Notes under the pieces: model-generated
Told to the model about the DNA's origin: nothing
Database searches by the model: none
The model's input: the letters and a program-made list of their open reading frames with translations, nothing else
Position numbers and translations under genes: made by a program
Source of the DNA: Octopus sinensis
Lineage: Eukaryota
Direction of reading: 5' to 3'
Assembly: GCF_006345805.1 (NCBI RefSeq)
Contig: NC_043000.1
Coordinates: 23,188,001 to 23,252,000 of the forward strand
DNA: 64,000 nucleotides
In this document: piece after piece, positions 11,581 to 24,493 of the stretch
How the letters are laid out: each line of letters starts with the position of its first letter
How positions within the stretch are numbered: position 1 is the first letter of the stretch

Positions 11581-13278
11581 GAATAAAAAATTGGAAACAA
11601 TTAATTTAAATACAGTCAATTCTTGTATTTAGCATTTTAGTATTTTTCTGCTGACTCACTTCCTTACATCAGTGAAAATATTCTTGACTTCAATCAAAAT
11701 ATTCCTTGAACCACAACATGGCTGTTTGAAATCAAAACAAAATGAGGACTAAAAGATTATGAGAAAAATGTTGCCCACATGAAGTAAAATTTAACTTGAA
11801 TCCACCAAAACACATGTTATTACATGCATTCACTAACTTACTCCATACTTCAAGGTGTATATTCCATACTTCAATCAAAATAATTTTTACAACAGCCAAA
11901 ATACTTTATAGCAGTAACCTACATTTTATTTTTTATCACCTAAAATTTTCCACTCAACACCAGCAGACAGACATATTGTGCAAAGCAGCTCTTATGTATA
12001 TATATATATATTCCATTCACCAGCGAAACTATTCCACACTTCAATCAAAACATTGCATAAATTAATAAAAACAGGCAATTGTATATATTTTCTGGCAGTG
12101 GGTGAGAGAAGAGAGTATTGTACAACCTTCCCTGACAGACCTAATCTTCAGTATATGACCTAAAACTGATGTTGAGACACTCCATTCACACATTCACACT
12201 CTCTCCCTCCCTCTCCCTCCTTCCTACTCCTCCTTCTTTCCCTCTCTCTCCTACACATGCTCTGTATCTCTTTCTTTCTCTCTCTTTTTCACTCTCTCCT
12301 TCTCTTTCATTGCCGTTCAAATTATTCAGTTCCATCCAAGAGTTATAGATGATATCCAGTGCCAACAAAGACATTCCATGAAACTCCTTTAGAAGTTTTC
12401 TCCTTCCTCTCTATATCATGCAGCCTCTCTAATCAATAATTGTTACAATTGCACATCTGAATCTTCAAAGCAGTCCCATCCATCATTAATTGTACAAGGT
12501 TGCATTTAAAAAAATATATTAATAAATAAACAGAACAGAATAATCTTTATAACGTTATGTATGCATTACTCTTCTTTCCTCTGAGAATAAATTATGAATG
12601 AATGCATTTTTGAAAAAAAACCAAAAAAAAAACACTTGGCTAATAAAATTTAAATTTAACTGAAGACAGAATATGCTTATTTGGTAAATCTTATCAATAA
12701 AGGGAGATTATAATGCTTCAGTTCTTTGTCTGTTTGCAAGATGTTCTGCTAACAAAGGGAAAAAAAATTGATGAACAAGAAAAAAGCCATTTCTAAAACA
12801 GCTTAAATATTGCCTTCTGTCAGTTTATTGTTCACTTAATCACCCCCTGTTTTCTTCTGACATCATCTGTCTCCATTAACGTTTCTATGACAACCATCTG
12901 AGCTGTAAAAACACTCCTCACTACTGCAGCCATGACTTCTACCACTGTCAGTATAACTAATGGTAGAGTTATTTCTGTGACCTTTCTATTTTTGAATAGT
13001 TTTTTTCAAAAAATTCTCTTCAACTATTGAGTCAGTGTGTTTTTACAATAACAATACAATTCGAAGCCTTGACAATAAAGTGAATCCTTTTATTAATGTC
13101 AGAGATTCATAAAGCCTGTGTGCTTTAACTCAGCTTTTGTGAAGGTAACTGAAAGAGGAACTTGTCTTCTTCTACAATGATGTTGCCATTATCATACACA
13201 GGTAACATTCCCTAGAAGGCTCATTGTATCTTCTTCTCCAGTAAGGTAAACTGAAGCAGGTAGAACTGCTTTGTTTAA

Positions 13279-13500
13279 CCCTCTAACATTCAGATTATAC
13301 AGTTAAATTTAATGCTTATTCATTCACATTGTTTGGAAATAATTACTCATTATCTCATAAGCTTTGACATTTTAACATTGTGATTGTTTATTTTCAAAAT
13401 TACATTGAATGGTAGATGTTATGAAACCGGATCTGGCCAACTTGAACTTAAAACAGGAAGAATATTTGGGCTGGATACGACCAGTTTGAATGCTAAAGGG
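13279..13500. mobile_element. TTAA-type (piggyBac-like) MITE
   Basis: TTAA|CCCTCTAACATT ... AATGCTAAAGGG; right TTAA degenerate. Confidence 0.65.
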
Positions 13501-14016
13501 CTGAACCAGTGGGTCCCACTTTTTAATATCTGGACCAGTTCCAAAACCTGGATTTTTTTTCAGGGGGCTACATCAAAAAACATTTTGCTTTATTTGTTTC
13601 AGTCATTTGACTGCAGCCATACTGGAGCAGGGTGGCCCAAAAGTAGGTTTACAGTTATTCAACTATCTCTTTCGCATTCATGTATCAACAGTTTAGATCT
13701 TAATTATCAAAAAATATGAAGCCATTATTCTATGCTAATTTAGTTAATTTTGTCAAGCTCCCTTTTCAGTTTGTAAGATAGAAATTTAAATGTAATAAAA
13801 TGTTTTAAAAGAAATTTAAAGTGCCTATATGATTAACTGTAAACCTACTTTTGGGCCATCGTGTATTTACAGAGGGAAAACCACCAAGGGCAACCAGAAG
13901 AATGCTTGAAGGCTGGATGCAGCTCTGGAAGCCACTTTGAGAACTGTTGGACTAGACACACAGCAAAATACATCATACACAAGTAATTTTTCCTATCTTG
14001 GTATATTGAGGTATGT

Positions 14017-14433
14017 AAAGGTGACAAGCTGGCAGAAATGTTAGCATGCCAGGCGAAATGCTTTGCAGTATTTCGTCTGTCACTATGTTCTGAGTTCAAA
14101 TTCCGCCGAGGTCGACTTTGGCTTTCATCCTTTCAGGGTTGATTAAATAAGTACCAGTTATGCACTGGTGGTTGATATAATCGACTTAATCTGTTTGTCT
14201 GTCTTTGTTTGTCCACTCTGTGTTTAGCCCCTTGTGGGCAGTAAAGAAGTTGGTATTTCGTCTGTCTTTACGTTGAGTTCGAATTCCGCCGATGTTGACT
14301 TTGCCTTTCATCCTTTCAGGGTCGATTAAATAAGCACCAGTTACTCACTGGGGTTGATGTAATTGACTTAATCTCTTTGTCTGTCCTTATTTGTCCACTC
14401 TGTGTTTAGCCCCTTGTGGGTAGTAAAGAAATA
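14017..14433 (+). mobile_element. tRNA-derived SINE family B, head-to-tail dimer
   Basis: Two units with GAGTTC(A/G)AATTCCGCCGA; 13-bp TSD GGTATATTGAGGT at 14000-14012 and 14434-14446. Confidence 0.85.
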
Positions 14434-14769
14434 GGTATATTGAGGTCTGTAGAAGGAAGTGTCTTGCCACAATCACACAAAGAAACATATCTGTGGTAGG
14501 ATATGAATTCTTAATCCATAAACCAGTAGACCGATACCTTTGTGTCACAATAATCATTTCTGCCAACACAAATAATGGATACCTTTGTCTCTGAGCTTGC
14601 TGCTTGTACATGTTGTTACTCTGATTACTATCATCACTGTTGCCCAACAGGAATATCATGTTTACCAAAACAATAAGAATAGAAACTAACGTATTTGTTT
14701 GGTTAATTCCATTTAATCCAAGGAAAAAAAGAAAACATGTAGCTTGTAATTGTTTTTCATTAGCAGCAG

Positions 14770-15000
14770 TCACAGCTGCCATAGTAGCAGCACCACCACC
14801 GCCACCAGCATCATCAACTCCACCACCTCCACCACGACTATCACCACCACCATCAACATCACCACCATCAGCATCACTACCACTACCATCACAGCTACAA
14901 CAATCCCCACCACTAGCACCACCATAACAACAATAACAATAACAACACTCCACCACCACCACCACCACCATCATCACCCTCTTCATCACCACTACCAGTC
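14770..15000. repeat. (CAC/CAT/CAA)n low-complexity tract
   Basis: Directly visible. Confidence 0.9.
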
Positions 15001-15506
15001 ATAACATGAATCTCAGGAGCATTACTTCTATTATCATCATTAAGCTTTCAAAATGGCTGTTAAACCTGCAGGAAATAGCAACCAAATTGACTTCAAATCA
15101 CACCCTTCGGTCTATATCACTTATTGCCATAAAGAAAGAACACATTGGCTAATAATGTGGTTTTTAGATATACTGGCCTGGAAAATATGATGAAGTGGTC
15201 ATAAGTGGAACGTCTTTGATCAAAGGTCTGTTTGAATAGAGCCAAACAACAACAACAGCAACACCAAAACATTCTTTGCCAATCATTGCAGATCAATAAT
15301 AATATCTTAGCCTGATTGATTATTGAACTTCATTAGTAACATTATCACCAAGCTTAATAATCAGTAGGTCATAGTGACAGAAATATTCTTCAATCAAATT
15401 CGGAGAGAAACAAGGATGGATATCTTCCAGGAGAACCATTTTTCTAACCTAACAGCAATTCAAGAAAGTACCTCATCATTTATTAATGGATTCCTTTAGA
15501 GCTGTG

Positions 15507-15540
15507 TTAGTCTTGATACAATAGCCGAGGCATTAGTTTT
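15507..15540 (-). CDS. Candidate terminal coding exon (..KLMPRLLYQD*)
   Basis: Strong acceptor TTTTTTTTCCCCTTCCAG (AG at 15541-15542); AATAAA at 15479-15484 on minus; frame joins the 20.4-kb candidate exon. Confidence 0.25.
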
Positions 15541-15779
15541 CTGGAAGGGGAAAAAAAATAACAAACCTAGTTTCACTGTCATCATCAATAATCAATATAT
15601 TGAATGAAGAAGCAATTACCCGTTTCTAGTCTTCTTCTGCTAAATCAATTGTGGCTTGTTGTTGTTGTTGTTGTATAACCCCTGGCCAGTCCTAACTAAG
15701 CAGATCGGCGATCAATGATGTTCCAGCTATGACTGTGCTATCATTCACATTTTTATTTTTTTCTCAAATTAATTAAACA

Positions 15780-16016
15780 GGCAAGAGTTCACATCAGAAA
15801 GAACATCTGACCATAGGAAATCTCCTCAAAGAATCTTTTTCTGACCAAAGCAAGCATGGAAATGTGTGCATTAAAGCAACGACGATGATAAAGATGATGA
15901 TGATGATGATGATGATGATGGTGATGGTGATGGTGATGGTGGTGGTGGTGATGGTGGTGGTGATGATGATGATGATGGCGACGGCAGTGGTTGGGTGGTT
16001 GTGGTTGTGGTGGTGC

Positions 16017-16047
<31 letters not shown>

Positions 16048-16090
16048 GGTGGTGGTGGTGGTAGTGATGATGATGATGGTGGTAATAGTG
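15780..16090 (+). mobile_element. (GAT)n-tailed SINE-like 3' fragment, left arm of a local inverted pair
   Basis: About 93% identical by eye to the reverse complement of 17074-17193. Confidence 0.7.
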
Positions 16091-16776
16091 GCGGTAATGG
16101 TTTTCCAATATATATATACATATTTTTAAAGAGAGTAAGGAGATTTAGCTGCTATTTCTAGCAGGTCGAGCAACCACACAGAAACCTCTTTCATGTAATT
16201 TGTATTATGGTGGAAATCAATGCTGCAGGAGATGATAGAGAAAGTTTCAGATAATATTGATATAAAGGAATACATCACAAAATATAAAGAATTATCGAGG
16301 AATGAGAAAGGCTTTGTATTACTTTTTTTTTTTTGCCATTCAAAGAATTAATCAATGGATGTGATTTCTCTTCAACCTTACCAAACCCAACGGTATTATC
16401 TTTGGCAAGCAGCTATCAAAAATCGGTATTCTTTTACTGGTTACAGTCATTGGAATGCAGCCATGCTGTGTTTGTGTGTGTGTTTGGGTGTGTGTGTGTG
16501 CTGTACAATCCTCAAAGCTTTTTAGTTAATCGTTTAAATCGTAGGACTTGTCTAAATCTGGTGCTTGCTTTATCATTCTCTGTTGAAAGGCTAATAGGTT
16601 TTCAAATAAAGGAATGACACATATACACACATCATCATCATCATCGTTTAACGTCTTCTTTCCATGCTAGCATGGGTTGGACAATTTGACTGAGGACTGG
16701 CAAACCAGATGGCTGCACCAGGCTCCAATCACAAACACATATAAACATATACACTTGTTATACATACACACACACA

Positions 16777-17193
16777 TCATCATCATCATCATCACTATCT
16801 GCCTCCTCATCATCCTAATCTTCACCACTATCATTACCACCACTATCATCATCATCATCATCACTATCTGCCTCCTCATCATCCTAATCTTCACCACTAT
16901 CATTACCACCACTATCATCATCATCATCATCACTATCTGCCTCCTCATCATCCTAATCTTCACCACTATCATTACCACCACTATCATCATCGTCATCGAT
17001 ACCACCATCACCACCACCACCACAACCACCACCACCATCATCAGCATCATCAGCATCATCATCATCATCATCATCATCATCTTTATCATTGTCGTTGCTT
17101 TAATGTACACATTTCCATGCTTGCTTTGGTCACACAAGATTCTTTGAGGAGATTTTCTATGGTCAGATGTTCTTTCTGATGTGAACCCTTGCC
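16777..17193 (-). mobile_element. Right arm of the inverted pair; tail contains a 69-bp unit x3
   Basis: CACTATCTGCCTCC at 16793, 16862, 16931. Confidence 0.7.
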
Positions 17194-17413
17194 TAGAAAC
17201 AGGCAAGGTAAATATTTGCCCCTAATCCTTTGAAGCTAAAATTCACGATGATTGGACATCATTTCACACAAGATTTGCATATTGGTACGACAGTATATTT
17301 ACAGCTAACATGTCTGTCTGCCCACGGGGAAATATTACCTTGCTTGGAATATTTTATTTTATTTTATTTTTCATTTCTTCCTCTTATTTTTACTTTCTTT
17401 TATTTATTTATTT

Positions 17414-17858
17414 ATCATCATCATCATCGTTTAACGTCTGCTTTCCATGCTAGCATGGGTTGGACGATTTGACTGAGGGCTGGCGAACCAGATGGCTGCA
17501 CCAGGCTTCAATCTTGATCTGGCAGAGTTTCTACAGCTGGATGCCCTTCCTAACATTAACCACTCCGAGAGTGTAGTGGGTGCTTTTACATGCCACCAGC
17601 ATGGGGGCCAGTCAGGTGGTACTGGCAATGACCTCACTCGAATCTTTTACACATGCCACTGGCACAGGTGCCAGTAACGCGATCCTAGTAATGATTACAC
17701 TCAAATGGTGTCTTTTACGTGCCACTGGCATGGATGCCTGATAGCTGCTCTGGCAATGATCACGCTCGGATGGTGCTCTTAATACCCTACTAGCATGGGG
17801 CTCGAGTGCCAGTAAGGCAACGCTAGTAATGATCACAGTGCCAGTAAGGCGACGCTGG
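17414..17858 (-). mobile_element. Family C copy with about four internal ~65-bp units
   Basis: Reverse complement of the family C core plus tandem units. Confidence 0.8.
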
Positions 17859-19024
17859 TTCCTTTTTCTTGTTTTTTTTTAGTGAGAGTGGTCAATTCTA
17901 GAAATAGGTGCCACTATTAATAAATGTAAAGACCTTGTCTTTATAAGCACTCCCTTTGTGGACAAAAAAAGAGGAATCAGCCAGACTCGTTGCAGTTCAA
18001 TGTTTGGATTTAATTCGGTCACTAATAATTAAATTTAAGATCTTTTGATTCTGATCCTAAGTAATTAAAGTTTGTTGGGGTGAAATATTAACTGCAGAGA
18101 AATTAGGGGTCAAATCACTACAAACAAATGCCATTTTCTTTTTCCTTTCTTTCTCTTTTTTTTTTACTTTCTTTTATTTATTTATCCTTTTTCTTATTTT
18201 TTTTTTTAGTGAGAGTGGTCAATTCTAGAACTAGTAATAAAGTCAGATGTTGTTTAGCCTCAGGTCAGCTCTGATTGAACAGCTCTATGATCAAGTCTTC
18301 TGATCCAACTACCCTGTCCCTTTTTTTTTTTTACTTTTTCGTTGCAGGCATAGTAGCATATCTAGGACTAAATAAACATCTCCATTTCCGAGAAGAGGAT
18401 ACAGTGTAATTCCCGTGGTTTGTGAGAGATTTGGTTGCTATTTCCAGCAGGTCTACACCATAGCTCTCCCCCCCCTCCCCTGCGTGGTGGTCAATTCAAA
18501 TGACTATGTATCTCCTCCCTTACAATAATACTGGCTTTGTGCCTAGACAAAAGAAATCATTAAATTCCTTGTCCTCAACATCATTGTCATTAAACATCCC
18601 CACACTTACACAGCTCTGGCTGCTGCAAGAATCTCTCCCTTCTCCATTCTACCACCCCTTTCCTTCATCTGTCTGCTTCTAACCTAATTTGCTAAACTGC
18701 TGATCATACACATACAAGGAACAATAAGTAGACACTACATTTATATAGATTTAATAAATGAATAAATTAAATTACAGATTAGCTCATTACTTCTAGAAGC
18801 TATTGTACTCTTCTTATCATAGCCTAAACCTTATGAATTAAGTGGATGTTTGAGGGATATATTTCTTCCTTGCCAGTTATATAAATGTTATATATTGTAT
18901 GATTCTTCCTTATCATATCATCTATACAAGAACTGCTTATTGTATAACAAGAAAGCACAGCAAGTTAAATTTTAGAAAATATTCATTCATTCCTTTTCTT
19001 TTTTTTCTTCTATTTTTTCCTATA

Positions 19025-19197
19025 GGCGCAAGAGTGGCTGTGTGGTAAGTAGCTTGCTTACCAACCACATGGTTCCAGGTTCATTCCCACTGCGTGGCAC
19101 CTTGGGCAAGTGTCTTCTAGTATAGCCTCAGGCTGACCAAAGCCTTGTGAGTGGATTTGGTAGATGGAAACTGAAAGAAGCCTGTCGTATATATATA

Positions 19198-19276
<79 letters not shown>

Positions 19277-19497
19277 GTATGTGTGTGTTTATATGTTTGT
19301 GTGTCTGTGTTTGTCCCCCCAATATCGCTTGACAACAGATGCTGGTGTGTTTACGTCCCTGTAACTTAGCGGTTCAGCAAAAGAGACTGATAGAATAAGT
19401 ACTAGGCTTACAAAGAATAAATCCTGGGATCAATTTACTTGACTAGAGGTGGTGCTACACCATGGCTGCTGTCAAATGACTGAAACAAGTAAAAGAG
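19025..19497 (+). mobile_element. SINE family A, full length
   Basis: Head, central (TA)/(TG), AAAAGAG tail. Confidence 0.9.
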
Positions 19498-20216
19498 TAT
19501 TTATTTTTTTCCCTGCCTCATCTTACTGAAAGCATAGGTTTGGCTGTGGGATTAAGAAGTTCGCTTTCCAACCATGTGGCTTTGGGTTCAGTCCTACTTC
19601 AAAGCACTTTGGACAAGTGTCTTCCACAATAGCCCCGCCAGGCCGACTGATTCTTTGTGAGTGGAATGAATTTGGTAGTAAGAAACTGAGCGGAAGCATG
19701 TTTTTTTTTGTGTGTGTGTGTGTGTGTGTGTATGCATGTAAATACATATGCTTGTGAATATGTGTGTGTGTGTATGTATGTGTGTGTGAATGTATATGTG
19801 TGTAAATGCATGTCTGTGAATTTGTGTGTGTGCACGTGTGTGTGAATGTATATATGTGTGAATGCATGTGTGTGGCTGTGATCATTTGTCAAAGATTCAG
19901 TTATCATGCTGTTTTATTGAACATATCCATGTGATAAACACGAACAGATGTATTAAAGTCTGCTATCAGAATGATATTGAGATATGTGTCATTAATTCAG
20001 GAAGTGAGAAGTTGAAATATAATTTAACATCTATAGTTATAGATGGTGATTGGCAGAGTGTGGGAGTGTAGGTAAAGACAATGAGATGAACTTAGAAGTA
20101 CAGGATGGAGAGACTTTGAATCTTAATAAGTGGAAGTTATTATCTAATGCAGTCCTTGGGACCATCAGATCCAGCCAGACCATCCAACATGTGGCAGCAT
20201 GGAACATGGAAGTTAA

Positions 20217-20247
<31 letters not shown>

Positions 20248-20443
20248 CGACGACGACGGTGATGATGATGATGGTGGTGATGATATGCTTTCCTGAGTAA
20301 AGCTGAAGTTTTAGTTCCTGCTCCTACACACACACACACACACACACCTCACAAACACACATATACCTCAAAACAGAAATGAAAAAAATTTGCAGTGTTT
20401 TGTAGTGGAATTACTCTTAGTGAGGTTGTCTTATTGGACTCAC

Positions 20444-20506
20444 AACTCTCTTGGCTCTCTTCTGGCCATTTGCATTTCGGAGTAACCAGGGATGCCCTCA
20501 CTGCAA
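20444..20506 (-). CDS. Candidate internal exon (63 nt)
   Basis: TGTGTCTTTTACAG| ... GTT|GTGAGT; open as CSEGIPGYSEMQMARREPRE or AVRASLVTPKCKWPEESQES. Confidence 0.3.
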
Positions 20507-21495
20507 CTGTAAAAGACACATCCCTCCTGAAATGGTTCCTTCTCTATAAATATTCAAGTTTAAACTAAAATCTGAAAAAAAAAAAAAGAATTGATTAGAA
20601 CAGTGTCAACATAAAAATAATTAAATGCATACCCAAACAAATAAATAGATAAGTAATTATCATAAAAGTATATTTTCTGGTAAATAGACGAGGCCTGGTT
20701 GTTTTGCAGAATTCTACAACCTTGATTCAACAAATTGCTTCTCTCTGGTATAAGCCAAGGACTTGTTTGTGATAAAGAAACTGATAACACATGAGGATCT
20801 GGTTAAGCTGAAGACAATCTGTGAATAGTCACAAAGAAAGTGTGAGAGGAGGAACAGATACGAATACGGGTGTGCTACCAACATTACTTCTTACACTATT
20901 TTCATCTTCACATTTTCTCTACTATTTATCAACACAGTGTTCCTTTATTTAAACATATCTCGTTTATGTTAGGAAGCAATATTAACATTTGCCTCGGTAT
21001 TCCCTGTTTAGAATTACACTTCACTACTGAGAAATCCTTATAATCCAACTAAAAAGAACTGAAAAGAGAATTGCCAAAACTGTTGGTTCAAGATGTTCTA
21101 TTATTACACCCCTCTATGCTATTCTACACTATTTCACACTTTCTGAGTTATTTATAAACAGAGTTATATAACATATGGCTTTTAGGTTATGAAACACTGT
21201 TCAAATTTGCCATTTTATAATATTCGGCACACTGTTCCATTCAGTTACTGATGATACCCCAATAATGGTAGCAGGTTTGTGTATGTTACTATTTGTGATA
21301 GCAACCAGTTGTTGTTTATCTTTCATTAAGCTTTATCCTTTTTTTTTTAAATCGCACTTGAGTAACAGATTTTGAAAATATAGGCACCAGGTGTGGTTGT
21401 GAGGTGAGAAGTTTGTTTCTCAAGCATATGGCTTGGGGTTCAGTTCCACTGCAGGGCATATTGGGCAAGTGTCTTTTATTATATCCCTAGTCCAA

Positions 21496-21710
21496 GCTTA
21501 CGATCGTGAGGTTGTGAGTTCGATTCCCGGACTGGGCTGCATGTTGTGTTCTTGAGCAAGACACTTTATTTCACGTTGCTCCAGTTAACTCAGCTGTAGA
21601 AATGAGTTGTGACATCACTGGTGCCAAGCTGTATCGACCCCTTTGCCTTTCCCTTGGATAACATCAGTGGTGTGGAGAGGGGAGTCTGGTATGCATGGGC
21701 AACTGCTGGC
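21496..21710 (+). mobile_element. tRNA-derived SINE family E
   Basis: B box GAGTTCGATTCC; matches the reverse complement of 27911-28236. Confidence 0.8.
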
Positions 21711-21743
<33 letters not shown>

Positions 21744-21759
21744 GAGTAGTCCCCCAATA

Positions 21760-22060
21760 TTTGCGGGGAGTTACATTCCTAGAGCACCCACAAATAGTGA
21801 AAACACACCAACATTGGTTGTCAAGCATTGGTGGGGAGGACAAACACAGGCACACATACATATATATACACATGCACACACACACACACACACACACACA
21901 TGCACACATATATATACATACAATGTTTCTGTCTACCAAATCCACTCACAAGGCTTTGGTCGGCCTGAGGCTACAGCAGTAGACACTTGCCCAAGGTACT
22001 GTGCAGTGGGACTGAACCCAGAACCATATGGTTGGGAAGCAAGCTTCTTACCACACAGCC
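21760..22060 (-). mobile_element. SINE family A (3' end missing)
   Basis: Reverse complement of family A head and body. Confidence 0.75.
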
Positions 22061-22109
22061 AATATTTAATAATTTAATAAAAATTAAAGCAAAACGTGCT
22101 GTTACTCAC

Positions 22110-22124
22110 CAATAATGAATGATA
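22110..22124 (-). CDS. Candidate 15-nt symmetric microexon
   Basis: TTGTCTTAATTCAG|TATCATTCATTATTG|GTGAGT; the signals may belong to the adjacent Tigger remnant. Confidence 0.15.
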
Positions 22125-22745
22125 CTGAATTAAGACAATGATGATGAAAATAATGAAGGTAATGACTGCAGAGCAAAGAAAATTTAAAGCTCTTCAGGTA
22201 AGAACCTCTTCTTCAGGTGTTTTAGGGGGTGTCGTTATCTTCATGCAAAGCTTTCTTGGTGGACTTGAGGAACATTGTGATAGGAAGTTGCTTTCGTTGT
22301 TTCTTCATGGTGGTGAGGAGAGATTTATATGTCTGCATGGCAGCATTCATGTCATTTTTAAATTGGAAAGACCGAACCACATTGGGATCCCATGCTTCTG
22401 CCTTCCCTTGAAATTCCTTTACTGTCCTTAAAAGGTCGGACTGACATTCGATTGCCAGGCCCACCTCATTCTCTTCTTCCTCTGGATCTGGTGCCTCCTC
22501 CTCCTCTTCTCTGACAGACTTCGTTAACTCCAACAAATCTTCGTCTGTCATGGTTTCAGAGTGGTCATCATTGAGGTCGTTGACCTCATCTTGTGTGATG
22601 TCATCAAAACCTTCGCCACCAAGTACCTTTGCCAGTTTCACCACATTGTTGACAGCCTCATGCTGAATATCTTACGGTGAGAAGCCCTCATAGTCCTGGA
22701 GAGAGTCTGGCCACACCTTCCAGCATGCGATGAGGATTTCTTGTT
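22125..22745 (-). mobile_element. Tigger/pogo (Tc1-mariner superfamily) transposase C-terminal fragment
   Basis: QEILIACWKVWP..*DIQHEAVNNVVKLAKVLGGEGFDDI..EDLLEL..KQRKQLPITMFL, typical of TIGD/Tigger C-termini. Confidence 0.85.
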
Positions 22746-23590
22746 AAACTATACATGCAGGTTCAAGGTGCAGCCATTGGTGTCGGTGTAGCTGGAGATG
22801 TTGCTGGCCTCTTCATGACATGGTGGGACAGTAAACTTAAGCAATCCTTAGCTGAACAGTCCACAACTCTTCTACTTTACAGTTGGTATGTAGATGACAT
22901 TAATATCCTAGTTAAGACCAACTCTAGTAACAATAATGTAGAAACTGAGAGGAACATAATGGAGAGCATCCAGCAAGTAGTTAGCCCCATCCACCAAAGT
23001 ATCGAGGTAAATTTAGATTGCCCCACTAGGCACCCTAACAATAGACTCCCCATCCTTGATACTGAACTTTGGTTAGAGACAGTGAACAACAGAGTGCAGC
23101 TCCTCCACTCCTATTACATGAAACCCATAGCTTCAAAATATGTTGTTCACAAGAACTCACCCTTGTCACACAACATGAAAATTAATATACTGAGAGGAGA
23201 CTTAATGGATAATGAACAGTGTGTTTCTACTATGCAAACCCTATGAAATGAAAAAACATGTACAGAACTTCATGCACCACATGCAATTCTCTGGATATGA
23301 TCAGAAAAATAGGGTTCAAGTATACAGGGGTGCTAGACAGAAGTTAGATAACATTATATGTAATGAAACCAGTGGTACCTGCCCTAGATATAGAAGCAAA
23401 GACTAGAATAGGTTACAAAGAGCTTGTGACAAAGCAAACAGGGTGAACAAATTTCAAGGAGTGATGTTTGTAGAGGCCACAGCCCATGGAGAGTTAGCCC
23501 GTAGGTTTAGGAAAGCTCCAAAGGAAACCAAACTCAAAGATTGTTGAAAAGCCAGGGAACTCCATCAGATCACAACTATGTAGGATGTAC
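22746..23590 (+). mobile_element. Penelope-like element reverse transcriptase fragment (frameshifted)
   Basis: KLYMQVQGAAIG, YVDD at 22887-22898, LPILD, YYMKP..S..VVHKNS, FVEATAHGELARRF; no GIY-YIG domain seen. Confidence 0.75.
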
Positions 23591-24452
23591 CCCTTTGAGA
23601 AAACTGCATATATATATATATATTATGCTTGAGAAGACTCATCAAGCCAGGTGAAATTGTAGTCATGGCCAGTGCTAGTAACATGTAAAAAGCACCTGTA
23701 CCAGTGACACATAAATGGTACTTGTACAGTGACATGTACCTTAACTCGAAACACATATCTTAACTTAAAAAAGTCTTCTAGCTTTCTTGGTGACTGGTTT
23801 GAACTCTCTAGAGAAGAACAACCGAATCAAACTGCTTTTAATAATATATCTATAGTTTCCATCTATGAAATCCACTCACAAGATTTTGGTTGGCCTGGGA
23901 CTATAGTCGAAGACACTTGCACATAGTACCATGCAGTGGAACTGAACCAAAGACTACAAGATTCAGAAGCAAGCTTCTCAAGCATGCATCCATGCCTGTG
24001 TCTCTTTCTAAATTTACAAAGCATTCCTAAAACTAGCAGAATTTAAAGTTAGTATCAGAAACAGAAATGAACTGAAAATATTTTCAAGCTATTGTTGGCT
24101 TATTTTGTCTGGTGTGTTGAGGGCAAGGCAGCCAAGTTGGAACAGATTCCACTCTAGGATATTGACCTCTCTGTTTTGCTTGTACTAATTATTCATATTT
24201 TATACGATATCAGTTATCAGAAAAAGTATCCTATTTTATATATCAATAAATTATGAGCTATTATTTGATTAAAAGCATAACAAGAGCTTTACTGTTTAAT
24301 ACAAATGGTTTGTTGATTTTGCATAAACTTTTTATAGAAATGTAGCACTTGTAAATCCCTTGATGGAGAAGCTGTAATAAACTCATAAGCTGGTCGGTCT
24401 GAATTACATCAATGATGTTTGAGAGTTAAAAAATTGTTATATATATACTTAC

Positions 24453-24493
24453 TGACACATGCAAGCATCCAATGCAATGAAGAGACTACAAGC
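24453..24493 (-). CDS. Candidate internal exon (41 nt)
   Basis: TTTTCTATTACATACATTTCTATATCAG| ... CA|GTAAGT; ACSLFIALDACMC or LVVSSLHWMLACV. Confidence 0.35.

Noticed and set aside
11660-12051. CRISPR-like array
   Set aside because: Eukaryotic context, degenerate repeats, ~130-bp spacers and no cas genes
14555-14690. Hydrophobic minus-strand frame SILIVLVNMIFLLG with an AAG|GTATCC donor
   Set aside because: Acceptor lacks a pyrimidine tract and the segment lies beyond the candidate stop and poly(A) signal
16207-16335. Protein-like plus-strand frame KSMLQEMIEKVSDNIDIKEYITKYKELSRNEKG
   Set aside because: No usable acceptor or donor around it and no family recognised
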